Shown here piece by piece: positions 43,405 to 53,289 of a DNA stretch of 64,000 bases (within the stretch, counting starts at the first letter, position 1; each line of letters opens with the position of its first letter). The stretch lies in NCBI GenBank assembly GCA_046485285.1, contig JAWOHE010000089.1, forward strand, positions 32,449 through 96,448, read 5' to 3'. This DNA is from a bacterium. Lineage in GTDB: Bacteria; Hydrothermota; Tepidihabitantia; Tepidihabitantales; Tepidihabitantaceae. The notes beneath the pieces are model-generated. The model made no database searches. It saw nothing but the letters and a program-made list of their open reading frames with translations, and was not told where the DNA came from. The position numbers were made by a program, and so were the translations under genes.

Positions 43405-46062
43405 TCAACTGCCGGCGCGCCGGCGCAGGCGGCCGATGAGCTTGCGGGCCTCGTCGGCGAGCAGGATCGAACTCGCGAGCGCGACGATGCGAAGCCAGTC
43501 GCCGAGCGAGAGCGGCACGGTGCCGAAGACGAGCGGGCCGACCGGCGTGTGGATGACCAGCACCTGGAGGACGACCGCGACCGCGATGCCGAGGAGCAGC
43601 CAGCGGTTTGGCGCGAAGCCGCGGGCGAAGACGGACCGGCGGTCCGAGCGCATCGCGAGCGCCTGGAACCACTGGAAGGCGGCGAGGGTGGTGAAGGCGA
43701 TGGTGCGGGCGTGGGCGAGCGGGCGGGCCCGGCGGTCGAGCCAGAACTGGAGCACGGTCCCGGCCGCCATCACCAGGGCGAGGAGCGCGATGCGGCGCGC
43801 CATCGCGCCGCTGACGAGCCGCTCGCGGGGCGGGCGGGGCGGTTCGCCGAGGACGTCGCCGTGGCCGGGCTCGACGCCGAGCGGGATCGTGCAGGCACCG
43901 TCGGTGACGAGGTTGACCCAGAGCACCATCACCGGGGTCAGCGGCTTGTCGAGCCCGGCGATGATGCAGGCGGTGAAGGCGAGCATCTCGCCGAAGTTGG
44001 TCGCCATCAGGTAGCTGACGACCCGGCGGATGTTGTGGTAGATGACCCGGCCCTGTTCGACCGCCCGGACGATGGTGGCGAAGTTGTTGTCGGTGAGGAC
44101 CATGTCGGCGGCCTCGCGGGCGACCTCGGTACCGGAGCCCATCGCGATGCCGATGTCGGCGGCCTTGAGCGCGGGCGCGTCGTTGACTCCGTCGCCGGTC
44201 ATCGCGACGACCTCGCCCCGGCCGGAGAGGGCGTTGAGGATGGTGAGCTTGTGGGCGGGCGTGACCCGGGCGCAGACCCGGGCCCGGGCTACCCGGCCGG
44301 CGAGCTCGGGTCCGGGCAGGTCGTCGATGTCCTGCCCGGTCAGGGGCGGGCCGGCGTCCCGGCCCGTGATGCCGACCTCGCGGGCGACCGCGGCCGCGGT
44401 CGCGGCGTGGTCGCCGGTGACCATCACGACGCTGATGCCCGCGCCCTGCGCGGACCTGACCGCGCCGGCGGCCTCGGGCCGGGGCGGATCGACCATTCCC
44501 CAGAGGCCGAGGAAGGTGAACCCGCTTTCGAGCTCGTCCTCGGCGAGCGCGTCCGGCCCGGCGGCCGGAAGGTCGCGGTAGGCCGCGGCGACGACCCGGA
44601 GCGCGTCGGCGGCGAAGTGCTCGGCGGCGTCCCGGACCGCCCAGTTGAACTCGTCGTCGACCCGGGCGGGCCGGCCGTCGGCGCCGGCGTGGTGACTGCA
44701 CCGGGCGAGGACCCGCTCGGGCGCGCCCTTGAGGTAGACGCGGTGGCCGCGCTCGCCGTCCCGGACCAGCACCGCCATCCACTTGCGGGCGCTGGAGAAT
44801 GGCAGCTCGGCAAGGCGCGGCTTGTCGCGCGCGAGCGTCTCGGGGGCGATGCCGCCGTCGAGCGAGAACCGGAGGATAGCGGCCTCGGTCGCCGAGCCTT
44901 CGATCGTCGAGCCGGAGCGGCGGGCGTTGTTGGCGAGCGCGCCGGCCTCGAGCAGGAGCGCGGCCGCGGGGCCGGGCGCGCGGACCGGCGCCGCGAGGTC
45001 GTCTCCGCCGGCCCAGGCCCGGGTCACCGCCATTTCGTTGCGGGTGAGGGTGCCGGTCTTGTCGGTGCAGATGACCGTGGTCGAGCCGAGGGTCTCGACC
45101 GCGGGCAGGCGGCGGACGATGGCGTTGCGGCCGGCCATCCGGCGGACGCCGAGGGCGAGGGTGACGCTGACCGCGGCGGGCAGGCCGGCCGGCACCGACG
45201 ACACCGCGGCCGCGACCGCGAAGAGTAGCATCTCCATCGGCACGTAGCCGCGCAGGAGCCCGATTCCGAAGAGCGCCGCGCCGAGACCGACCGCGATCGT
45301 GCCGAGTATCGTCCCGAGGCGGTTGATGCGGCGCTGGAGCGGGGTCTCGGGCCGACGGGTCGAGCGCATCTGCTCGGCGATCGCGCCAACAGCGGTGTTC
45401 ATACCGGTCGCCGTGACCAGCGCCCGGGCCCGGCCGCCGGTCACGGCCGTCGACAGCCAGACCATGTTCGTGCGGTCGGCGAGCCCGGTTGCCGCCGGCA
45501 GCTCCCCGGTGTGCTTGGCGGCCGGCTCGGACTCGCCGGTCAGCGCCGACTCGTCCGCGAGCAGCTCGTCGGCCTCGATCAGACGGCCGTCGGCCGCGAC
45601 GCGGTCGCCGGCCTCGAGCTCGAGCAGGTCGCCGGGCACGACCGCGGTCGCCGGCACGGTCACCGTCGCGCCGCCGCGCCGGACCCGGGCGCGCGGTGCG
45701 ACGAGCTCGGCAAGCGCGGCCAGCGCCTGCTCGGCCCGCCACTCCTGGGCGACGCCGAGCGCAGTGTTGAGCAGGATGACGACCGCGATGGCGACAGCGT
45801 CGACGTAGTTGCGGGTGAGGAGCGAGACCGCGACCGCGGCGAAGAGGACGTAGATTACCGGGTTGGCGAGGTGGCGGAGCGCGAGCGAGAGGACGCTCTC
45901 GCGCCGCTCGGCGGCAAGGGCGTTGGGACCGAAGCGCTCAGCCCGGGCCCGCGCCTCGTCCGGGGAGAGCCCGCCAGTCCCGGACTCGAGCCGGGCGAGC
46001 GCCGCGTCGGCCGCCAGCGCGTGCCAGTCGGCTTCGACCGGGCGGGCGGCGGTCTGCTTCAT
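43405..46062 (-). CDS. P-type cation-transporting ATPase (Ca2+/Mg2+ P2-type)
   Basis: 885 aa from ATG 46062. 'ICTDKTGTLTRNEM', 'MVTGDHAATA', 'TGDGVNDAPALKAADIGIAMG', 'LSPDEARARAERFGPNAL' N-terminal motif. Ten TM segments. Confidence 0.9.
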   Translation of the reverse strand: MKQTAARPVEADWHALAADAALARLESGTGGLSPDEARARAERFGPNALAAERRESVLSLALRHLANPVIYVLFAAVAVSLLTRNYVDAVAIAVVILLNTALGVAQEWRAEQALAALAELVAPRARVRRGGATVTVPATAVVPGDLLELEAGDRVAADGRLIEADELLADESALTGESEPAAKHTGELPAATGLADRTNMVWLSTAVTGGRARALVTATGMNTAVGAIAEQMRSTRRPETPLQRRINRLGTILGTIAVGLGAALFGIGLLRGYVPMEMLLFAVAAAVSSVPAGLPAAVSVTLALGVRRMAGRNAIVRRLPAVETLGSTTVICTDKTGTLTRNEMAVTRAWAGGDDLAAPVRAPGPAAALLLEAGALANNARRSGSTIEGSATEAAILRFSLDGGIAPETLARDKPRLAELPFSSARKWMAVLVRDGERGHRVYLKGAPERVLARCSHHAGADGRPARVDDEFNWAVRDAAEHFAADALRVVAAAYRDLPAAGPDALAEDELESGFTFLGLWGMVDPPRPEAAGAVRSAQGAGISVVMVTGDHAATAAAVAREVGITGRDAGPPLTGQDIDDLPGPELAGRVARARVCARVTPAHKLTILNALSGRGEVVAMTGDGVNDAPALKAADIGIAMGSGTEVAREAADMVLTDNNFATIVRAVEQGRVIYHNIRRVVSYLMATNFGEMLAFTACIIAGLDKPLTPVMVLWVNLVTDGACTIPLGVEPGHGDVLGEPPRPPRERLVSGAMARRIALLALVMAAGTVLQFWLDRRARPLAHARTIAFTTLAAFQWFQALAMRSDRRSVFARGFAPNRWLLLGIAVAVVLQVLVIHTPVGPLVFGTVPLSLGDWLRIVALASSILLADEARKLIGRLRRRAGS

Positions 46063-46104
46063 GGTCCAGCATACCGGCCGCCGCCCGCCGGTCAACGGTA
46101 CGGG

Positions 46105-46944
46105 CTAGCGAATGTAGAAGCCGAGGGCGAGCGAGAACGCGCCGAGCCAGTTCGAGGTGTAGCCGTCGGCGAGCGGGTTCTCCGGGTTGACCTGCTGGCC
46201 CTCGGCACCGCCGCCGAGGTAGCGCAGGTTGAGGAACCCCTCGAGGGCGTCGTTGAGGCGGTAGCCGGAACGGAGCGACGCGTCGAGGATGGCGCCCTTG
46301 AAGCTCGATTCGACGTTGGTCGAGCCGGTGATGAACTTGCCCTGGGCGTAGAAGCCGTCGACCTCGGCGCCGAGCCAGAGCCGCCGGCCGAGCGGGGCCT
46401 TGAGCCGGGCCTTGAGGACCGGCACCGGGCCGAGGTCCTGGTAGACGCGCTGGCGGTGGCCGTCCTGGGACGCGAAGGCGATCGACGCGTCGCGGATCTG
46501 GCCGGAGAGACCGAACGCCAGCTCGCGGTCGGGCGCGGGCCAGAGGTCGTAGAGCCAGCTCAGCCGGTAGAAGTCGAACCCGTAGCGGAGGTTCATCGGC
46601 GTGCCGGGCGGGAAGGTGTCGGTGTCGACGATGAGCGGGTTCTCGAGCGTCGCGGCGGTGCGGATGTCGAGCGGCTGGTACAGGAAGACGATGGTGTGGC
46701 GGGGCTTGAGGTGGAGCTCGGCGGTCAGTCGCTCGAATGGGAAGAGGATGTTCTGCCGGCCCTCGCGGACGTAGTCGAACTCGGTGCCGTTCACGCCGAA
46801 ACGGATGGTGTGGTCGAGGACGCCGAAGAAGCCGATTTCGGTGCCGGCGCGGAACTCGACCGGGCTCGAGGGGTCGTTGAGCCAGCCGGCGGCGGCGGGC
46901 AGGGCCAAGGCGAGGATAAGGGCGGTTGCCATTACGCGTTTCAC
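46105..46944 (-). CDS. hypothetical outer-membrane beta-barrel protein
   Basis: Signal 'MKRVMATALILALALPAAAG'. Alternating amphipathic beta strands. Aromatic C-terminal 'LALGFYIR'. Confidence 0.5.
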   Translation of the reverse strand: MKRVMATALILALALPAAAGWLNDPSSPVEFRAGTEIGFFGVLDHTIRFGVNGTEFDYVREGRQNILFPFERLTAELHLKPRHTIVFLYQPLDIRTAATLENPLIVDTDTFPPGTPMNLRYGFDFYRLSWLYDLWPAPDRELAFGLSGQIRDASIAFASQDGHRQRVYQDLGPVPVLKARLKAPLGRRLWLGAEVDGFYAQGKFITGSTNVESSFKGAILDASLRSGYRLNDALEGFLNLRYLGGGAEGQQVNPENPLADGYTSNWLGAFSLALGFYIR

Positions 46945-47024
46945 TGCTTACCTCCGAGGTGGTATAGCGGACGCCTGCTGATTACCGGTATTTGACCCGC
47001 TCGGCGAGCCGGGCGATGCGCCAC

Positions 47025-47774
47025 TCAGTGCAGTACCGTCACCCGCCGGACCGGGTCGCCCGGCCGGCACAGGTAGTAGACCCCGGGCGCGAGGCCGGCA
47101 AGCCGGTTGTCGCCCGGTGCCAGGAGGCGCGCGCCGCGGCCGTCGACGGTGACGAGCCGCGCGGGCTCCGCACCGGGCAGGAAGAGCTCTCCACGGCAGA
47201 TGAGCGGCGCGACCGCGGCCGTGGGACCAGACCAGCGGCCTTGCCCCATACCCACGACGCATTCGCAGGCGTAAGCGAAGAAGCAGTACTCACCGGAAGT
47301 GCACTGCGTCCAGGCACCGGGACTGCCGTGGAAGCTGCCGACCGGGGTTCCGTTGTCGTCGGTGTTGATGTAGGGGTGGGCCCACGGATTCACGCTGCGG
47401 GCGGTCGCGACAATCCAGAACGTGCCCGACTCGATGAGGACCGGTTCGGGCAGGCCGTAGTGGACCCAGTAGCCCGACGGGCAGGTCAGGCTGTCGGACT
47501 CGAAGAGCAAGGTCCGGCCGTCGTCAGCGTAGATGCGAAAGGTGAAGACCGAGTCAGTGAGCGAGCCCATGCCCCAGTAGAACCAGATCTTCAGCGACTC
47601 GATCTCGACCGGCAGGTCGAGGCCAAATTCAGTCGGGTCGAGACGCATGGCGCGCTCCGGCCCCTGAAATTCGAACCAGCCTTCGTTGCCGTTGTAGTGG
47701 CTGATCCAGGACGAGTCGAGCTGGGCCTGGCCGGACGCAGCAAGCACCAGCAGCAGCAAAGTCACGCAGCGCAT
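47025..47774 (-). CDS. secreted protein with T9SS C-terminal sorting domain
   Basis: 250 aa from ATG 47774 (MRCVTLLLLVLAASGQAQ). C-terminus 'RLVTVDGRGARLLAPG...GVYYLCRPGDPVRRVTVLH'. Confidence 0.55.
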   Translation of the reverse strand: MRCVTLLLLVLAASGQAQLDSSWISHYNGNEGWFEFQGPERAMRLDPTEFGLDLPVEIESLKIWFYWGMGSLTDSVFTFRIYADDGRTLLFESDSLTCPSGYWVHYGLPEPVLIESGTFWIVATARSVNPWAHPYINTDDNGTPVGSFHGSPGAWTQCTSGEYCFFAYACECVVGMGQGRWSGPTAAVAPLICRGELFLPGAEPARLVTVDGRGARLLAPGDNRLAGLAPGVYYLCRPGDPVRRVTVLH

Positions 47775-47869
47775 CGCGCACTCCTTTCGCGCCCGGCCGC
47801 CCCCGCGGACCGGCGCACCCGCCAGACTAGCCCTGCAGCCGGACCTGTCAACAGATAGGGCCAGAGCCG

Positions 47870-48361
47870 CTAGCGGTTGGTCTTCCCGCTCCACGACGAC
47901 ACCTTGACGCGGACGACGCCGACCGACTCGACGCCGGCGGCCCGGAGCAGGCGCGTCTTTACCGGGCCGGGGTCGGGCTCGCAGTGGTCGATGAGCAGGG
48001 CGAGCGCGCGGCGTTTCTCCTCGATGTCCTCGACGAACTCCGCCCGGCCCTCGAACTGGACGGTAGTGAAGGAGTGGTCGCACTCGCCGGGCAGGTAGCC
48101 CCGGTCATCGAGGACCTGCCCGTAGACCTCGGGGTTTTCCCGGATGGCGTCGGCCTTGCGTCCCTGCCGCGAGCAGTGGAAGTAGAAGGTGTCGGCGGCC
48201 TCGCCGAACCCGAAGTTGACGGTCGCCAGGTAGGGCCGGCCCGCGGATACGACGGCGAGGGTCAGGTGTTTCTGCGCGCGAACCATTGCCAGCAGTCGGT
48301 CGCGGTCGGTGATTGCCTTGTCAGGGTGACGGGTATGCCAGCGCTTGTCGGGTGCTTCCAT
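47870..48361 (-). CDS. pyridoxamine 5'-phosphate oxidase-family (FMN-binding split barrel) protein
   Basis: 163 aa. 'LTLAVVSAGRPYLATVNFGF...TFYFHCSRQGRKADAIRENPEV' typical PNPOx-like fold signature. Confidence 0.65.
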   Translation of the reverse strand: MEAPDKRWHTRHPDKAITDRDRLLAMVRAQKHLTLAVVSAGRPYLATVNFGFGEAADTFYFHCSRQGRKADAIRENPEVYGQVLDDRGYLPGECDHSFTTVQFEGRAEFVEDIEEKRRALALLIDHCEPDPGPVKTRLLRAAGVESVGVVRVKVSSWSGKTNR

Positions 48362-48473
48362 GCCCAGAGGCTAGGCGGTCGGGCGGCGCGGTCAAGCCCG
48401 GGGCGCAGCCGGCAGACCGGGCCATCGCGGGCCGCCGCCCTTCATACTGCCTCGGGGTGCGACCGCGCTGACC

Positions 48474-48839
48474 CTACCGCTTGTCCCGGAACAGCGCCGA
48501 GAGTATCACCGTCGCTATCGAGACAATCAGCGCGCCCCAGAACGCGGCCCAGAACCCGTGGACGTGGAACCCGACGTGGAGCCAGTTGACCGCGATCCAG
48601 GACGAGAACCACAGCATCAGCGCGTTGATGACCAGCGAGAACAGGCCCAGCGTCAGGATTATCAGGCCGCAGGACAGGAGCTTCAGCACCGGCCGGATGA
48701 GCGCGTTGACCAACCCGAACACGACGGCCATCACGGCAACCACCCACCAGGCCTTGTCCGCGACCTCGATGCCCGGCACTACCCACGCCGCGAGAACCAG
48801 CGCCAGCGCGGCAATCAACCAGCGTATCAGCAGATGCAC
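48474..48839 (-). CDS. phage holin family IV (DUF360)-like membrane protein
   Basis: 121 aa, GTG start after GGAGGA. 'LIAALALVLAAWVVPGIEV', 'FGLVNALIRPVLKLLSCGLIILTLGLFSLVINALMLW' matches the Phage_holin_4_2 pattern. Confidence 0.6.
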   Translation of the reverse strand: MHLLIRWLIAALALVLAAWVVPGIEVADKAWWVVAVMAVVFGLVNALIRPVLKLLSCGLIILTLGLFSLVINALMLWFSSWIAVNWLHVGFHVHGFWAAFWGALIVSIATVILSALFRDKR

Positions 48840-49243
48840 TACAGTCCTCCTCTCGGGCGGCGCGACACGCCCCCGTGTCAACATGATGGCCCGGCAATCC
48901 CCTCCCGTCAACCCCAAATCCTGATCAGCTCGGGTCGAGGGAGGATACGGGCAGCCCTGCGGTGTTGAGCCCGCGCACTGTCGCGGGTCCGCGCCCCGCC
49001 GGCCGGGACGCGGCGCGGTCGCAGACTCTCTGGCCGGCCGCGTTGTCGTCAACCCACATCCGGCTGTCGTCCGGTGCGGCAAGGGCTGGCCCGGTCGGGA
49101 CAGAATTGGACCAGGATGCGCGCCGGCGTCCGCCTGCCGAGCAATACCATGTTGGCAAATCAGAACTTAGCGACGGCACGGCCAATGCATAGGAGAATGT
49201 CGATGGGCTGTGTGAATACGACCGCAATCGAAAGGAACAGCCG

Positions 49244-50122
49244 ATGAGAACGATGCTCAGTCTCGTGACGCTGGCGGCGCTGGCGGGCCCGGTTTTGGCC
49301 GGCGGTGGCGGCCTCGCCGGCCGGGTGACCGACGCCGTGACCGGCGCGCCCCTGGCCGGGGTCGTGGTGACCGCCCGGTCCGAGGGCGGCCGCGCGAGCC
49401 AGGCCCGAACGAACGAGCGGGGCGCGTACCTGTTTGACGAGTTGAGGCCGGGCGACTACCGGGTGCGGGCCGCGGGCGCGCGCGGCTACGAGCCGGCCGT
49501 ATACCCGAGGAGGGTGACGGTGCGCGCGGGCGAGGTGACCCGCGGGATCGACTTCGCGCTGTTCCGGGTCGCGAACCCGGACCCGGGCGCAATTTCCGGC
49601 CAGGTGACCGACGAGAACGGCAGGCCGCTCGCCCACGCGCTGGTGATGGCGCACGGGCGGTACGGCCGCCGGGCGGCCCGGGCCGACGCCGGCGGGGAAT
49701 ATGTCATCCGCGGGCTCAGGCCGGGGACCTACCGGGTCGTCGCGGCCGCGCGCGGGTACCTCCGGGCGGCCTACCCGGAGCCGGTTGATGTCCGGCCCGG
49801 GCAGACGGTCGAGGGGATCAACTTCGCGCTGGTCCCGCGACGGCGCACGGGCGGCATTGCCGGTCGGGTGACCGATGCCCGGACCGGCGAGCCGATTGCC
49901 CGAGCGGCGGTCGTCGCCCGGGGCCGGGCCGACGCGGCCCGCGCGACCACGGACCGGCGCGGGCACTACCGGATGAGGCTCGAGCCGGGTGACTACCGGG
50001 TCCGGGCGATGGCCCGGGGCTACGAGTCCACCGAGCACCAGGGGCCGGTGACGGTCAGGCCGCAGGAACTCACCCGGGACGTGGATTTCGCCCTCAGACG
50101 CACAACGCTCAGTTACGACTGA
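49244..50122 (+). CDS. carboxypeptidase-regulatory-like domain repeat protein (4 repeats), secreted
   Basis: 292 aa. Four 'GRVTDAxTGxPLAxAxV...GxYxxxxLxPGDYRV...GY' units. Confidence 0.65.
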   Translation: MRTMLSLVTLAALAGPVLAGGGGLAGRVTDAVTGAPLAGVVVTARSEGGRASQARTNERGAYLFDELRPGDYRVRAAGARGYEPAVYPRRVTVRAGEVTRGIDFALFRVANPDPGAISGQVTDENGRPLAHALVMAHGRYGRRAARADAGGEYVIRGLRPGTYRVVAAARGYLRAAYPEPVDVRPGQTVEGINFALVPRRRTGGIAGRVTDARTGEPIARAAVVARGRADAARATTDRRGHYRMRLEPGDYRVRAMARGYESTEHQGPVTVRPQELTRDVDFALRRTTLSYD

Positions 50123-50236
50123 GCGGGCACCAGCCGGGTTGCTCCCGTCAGGGGTGGCGGGGGCGACCCGGAAGACCGGGGCCGTCCCTCTGCCGGGAGC
50201 GCAAATGGCAGGGACGGCCCCGGTTGTCGAAAGATG

Positions 50237-50266
50237 TTGACAAGGGCCGTCCGGTTGAGGTATGCT
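50237..50266 (+). promoter_or_regulatory. sigma70-like promoter TTGACA-N18-TATGCT
   Basis: Read directly, upstream of ATG 50337 (RBS AGGAGG). Confidence 0.35.
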
Positions 50267-50336
50267 ATCGCCGGCAGAGAGCGGGCGCGCCGGACCGGTT
50301 GCCCGATGCCCAGTCCGGCGGCCCAAAGGAGGTAGA

Positions 50337-52055
50337 ATGATCCGACTCATCGCCATCGTTGCCGGGGCGGCACTGGCCGCGGCTGCCGGCAACCTCATTC
50401 CCCTGACCGCGCTCGCGCCGGAGACTTCGGCGTTGCCGGACGAGGCCGTCACACGGGTGAGCGGCGACCCGCCCGTACCGGCGGGCCGGCCGGTCGTCGG
50501 CACCGTCGACACGGTCGGCGGCACGACCGTCGACTGGCAGGCCAACGGCCCCCAACTCCGGCAGATAGTAGTCGACCCGGAACGCGGCATCCACGTGCTC
50601 TGGATGTACTCGGCCTCGAACCAGACGACGTTCCCGGACCGGAACATGCGCTACAACTTCTATGACTTCGCGCTCGGCGAGTGGAACTGGATTGACCCGG
50701 ATTACATGCAGTCCGGGGTCAACGTGTTCACCGCGCGCGCGGGGTACGGGAACCTGGCGCTGGACTGGACGACCGGGTGCGCGCTGGTGTCGACGCACAT
50801 GGGCACGACGCCCTTGTACCCGTCGCTGGGGCGGGATATGGCGCCGGGCGGCGGCCTCTTCGAGTACTGCGACGGGCCGAGCGCCTACCTCTGGCCGGTG
50901 CTCGCCTCCAGCCCGGGCCTGCCCTACCACGTCTCGGTGATAGACGACGGGAGCCGCGACCAGCTCTACTACAGCCGCGTCAACCCGTGGTGCACGTGGT
51001 CTGGCCCGGTTGGTGTGAGCTCGCCCCAGCCCGACCCGATGTTCCCGACCCAGAACATCGCCGCGAGCCGGGTGAGCCAGAAGGTCTGTATCACTTGGGA
51101 GTACTCCGAGGGGGCACCCGACCCGGGCTTCTACCGGCAGTCCACCGACGGCGGAACCACCTGGCAGAACCCGGAGGAACTGCCGTGGCCGCCGGCCTAC
51201 GGCGGCGACACGCTGACGTCTTTCCACATCAGCGCGTTCACGCCGTTCTACGACCAGGAGGACGATCTCCACATCGTCGCGGCGACGATGCCCTACGTCG
51301 CCGGGCAGGGCTACATCATCCCGGCCCAGATCTGGCACTGGTCGCCCGCAAACTCACCGAATTGGTCGCGGGTGACGATCGCCCGGTGCAACCCGCTGAA
51401 CCTCGGGGCGCCGATCGGCTACAACGCGATCTACGCCTGCCGGCCGAGCATCGGCGAGGCGGGCGGGTACCTCGTCGCTGCGTGGGAGCAGTTCGACTCC
51501 TCGAACGTCGAACCCGGGCCGCCCGAGCGCCTGCGGGCGGACATCTTCATCGCGTTCGACAACGGCGACAACGGCGCGACCTGGCAGGCGCCGCTCAAGA
51601 TAACCGACCGGACAACCGCCTCGCACCGGTTTCCATCGGTCGCCGAGGTCAACACCGGCGACGTCGTCCGGGTGACCTACGAGATCGACCAGAAGGCCGG
51701 GTTCTTCGTCCAAGGCGAGAACATCGTGACCAACAACCCGATTGTCGTCCACACGGTCGACTTCACCGGCATCGCCGAGGAGCGGACCGCGCCAGCCGGG
51801 CCACTGCTTGCGGTCGGCGCGAACCCGGTCCGGGGCCGGGCGCGGTTCGAATACCGGCTGCCCGCCGCCGGGCCGGCCGAGCTCGTCCTCCTCGACGCGG
51901 CCGGCCGGCGGGTCGCGACGCTCGTCTCCGGGCGGCAGGCCGCGGGCCGGCACGCGGTGAGCTGGGACGCGACCGGGCTCCGGCCCGGCGTCTACCTTGC
52001 TCGGCTGCGCGCCGGCGGCGCCAGCATCACGCGCAAGCTGGTGCTGGCGGAGTGA
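50337..52055 (+). CDS. secreted BNR-like repeat protein with T9SS C-terminal domain
   Basis: 573 aa. 'STDGGTTWQNP', 'AFDNGDNGATWQAP' BNR units. C-terminus 'ELVLLDAAGRRVATL...GVYLARLRAGGASITRKLVLAE'. Confidence 0.6.
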   Translation: MIRLIAIVAGAALAAAAGNLIPLTALAPETSALPDEAVTRVSGDPPVPAGRPVVGTVDTVGGTTVDWQANGPQLRQIVVDPERGIHVLWMYSASNQTTFPDRNMRYNFYDFALGEWNWIDPDYMQSGVNVFTARAGYGNLALDWTTGCALVSTHMGTTPLYPSLGRDMAPGGGLFEYCDGPSAYLWPVLASSPGLPYHVSVIDDGSRDQLYYSRVNPWCTWSGPVGVSSPQPDPMFPTQNIAASRVSQKVCITWEYSEGAPDPGFYRQSTDGGTTWQNPEELPWPPAYGGDTLTSFHISAFTPFYDQEDDLHIVAATMPYVAGQGYIIPAQIWHWSPANSPNWSRVTIARCNPLNLGAPIGYNAIYACRPSIGEAGGYLVAAWEQFDSSNVEPGPPERLRADIFIAFDNGDNGATWQAPLKITDRTTASHRFPSVAEVNTGDVVRVTYEIDQKAGFFVQGENIVTNNPIVVHTVDFTGIAEERTAPAGPLLAVGANPVRGRARFEYRLPAAGPAELVLLDAAGRRVATLVSGRQAAGRHAVSWDATGLRPGVYLARLRAGGASITRKLVLAE

Positions 52056-52091
52056 CCCGGCGATGACGGCAGGATACTGCCCCGGACAGGC

Positions 52092-52119
52092 TTGCATTCC
52101 CGGCCCGGGGCGGTATCCT
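52092..52119 (+). promoter_or_regulatory. sigma70-like promoter TTGCAT-N16-TATCCT
   Basis: Read directly, upstream of ATG 52139. Confidence 0.3.
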
Positions 52120-52138
52120 GTCTCGCTGAGATGAGGCG

Positions 52139-53278
52139 ATGAGAAACCCGACATTCCTGCTCGCGACACTGGCCGCGCTGGCCGTTGCCCAGTCCGACTA
52201 CTCCGCGCCGGGCCGGTTCGCTGCCGCGTTCCGGACCGAGGATATCCCGGGCTCGACCGAGCTGATGCAGGGCTCGCGCATCTACTACCCGGAGTCGGCC
52301 GGGGTCATCCCGCGCCGGGCCGCGCCCGCACCGGTCGTCGTCTTCGGCCACGGCTGGCAGATGGGCATCGACCGCTACTACAGCTACGCCGAGCACCTCG
52401 CGACCTGGGGCTACATCGCGGTCCTGCCGACCATATCCAACCCGATCATCCGGCCCGAGCACGACCGCCGCGCCCGGCTGATGGCCGACGCGGCACGATT
52501 CGCGGCCGCGCTGGACACCGTGACCGGCGACCCGTTCGCGGGCCGCGTCGCCCGCGCGAACTGGGGCTTCTGCGGGCACTCGATGGGCGGCGGCCTGGCG
52601 ATGCTCGCCGCGGACACGCTCCGGCTCGGCGACAGCCTGCGGGCGGTCGCGGCGCTGGCAAGTCCGCAGACCGACCCGCCGACCAATGCCGCCAACGTCC
52701 GGGTGCCGAAGCTCGTCATCGGCGGCGGGACCGACAACACCGCGCCCTGGCCGGCGGTCCGCGAGGCCTACTGGCAGGGCGCGCCCGCGCCCGGCACGTT
52801 CGGCGTGGTCCGCGGGGCAAACCACGGTTACTTCATGGACTACTCCTACTTCTGGGAGAATGGCGGCACCGCCGGCATCACCCGCGAGGAGCAGTTGCGG
52901 AGCGCCCGGCGCTGGCTCACCGCGATCTTCGAGCGGTACCTGCACGGCGACGAGGGTAACTGGAACACCGCTTGGCTCTACGGCGACTCACTGCGGTCGA
53001 GCCCGGCGTTCGAGTCGGTCGAGGTGCGGCTGACGGTAGCGGTGCGCGACCGTGCGGCGCGACTCCAGCCCCGGCTGTCGGTCCGGCCCAACCCGTTCAG
53101 CAACTGGGCGCTCCTGTCGGGCTACGAGTCTAGCGACGTGCTGGTCTACGACGCGGGCGGGAGCCTTGTCGGCGTGCTCAGCGGGCCGGCGGTCGGCGGC
53201 GATCTCGGGCCCGGAGTCTACTTCCTGCGCAGCGCCGACGGTGACGGCCGGCCGGTCCGGGTCGTCAAGGCGCGCTAG
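52139..53278 (+). CDS. secreted alpha/beta hydrolase (dienelactone-hydrolase/cutinase-PETase-like, GHSMGGG elbow) with T9SS C-terminal domain
   Basis: 379 aa. 'PVVVFGHGWQ', 'FCGHSMGGGLAML'. C-terminal 'VLVYDAGGSLVGVL...GVYFLRSADGDGRPVRVVKAR'. Confidence 0.65.
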   Translation: MRNPTFLLATLAALAVAQSDYSAPGRFAAAFRTEDIPGSTELMQGSRIYYPESAGVIPRRAAPAPVVVFGHGWQMGIDRYYSYAEHLATWGYIAVLPTISNPIIRPEHDRRARLMADAARFAAALDTVTGDPFAGRVARANWGFCGHSMGGGLAMLAADTLRLGDSLRAVAALASPQTDPPTNAANVRVPKLVIGGGTDNTAPWPAVREAYWQGAPAPGTFGVVRGANHGYFMDYSYFWENGGTAGITREEQLRSARRWLTAIFERYLHGDEGNWNTAWLYGDSLRSSPAFESVEVRLTVAVRDRAARLQPRLSVRPNPFSNWALLSGYESSDVLVYDAGGSLVGVLSGPAVGGDLGPGVYFLRSADGDGRPVRVVKAR

Positions 53279-53289
53279 CCGGCCCGGCA

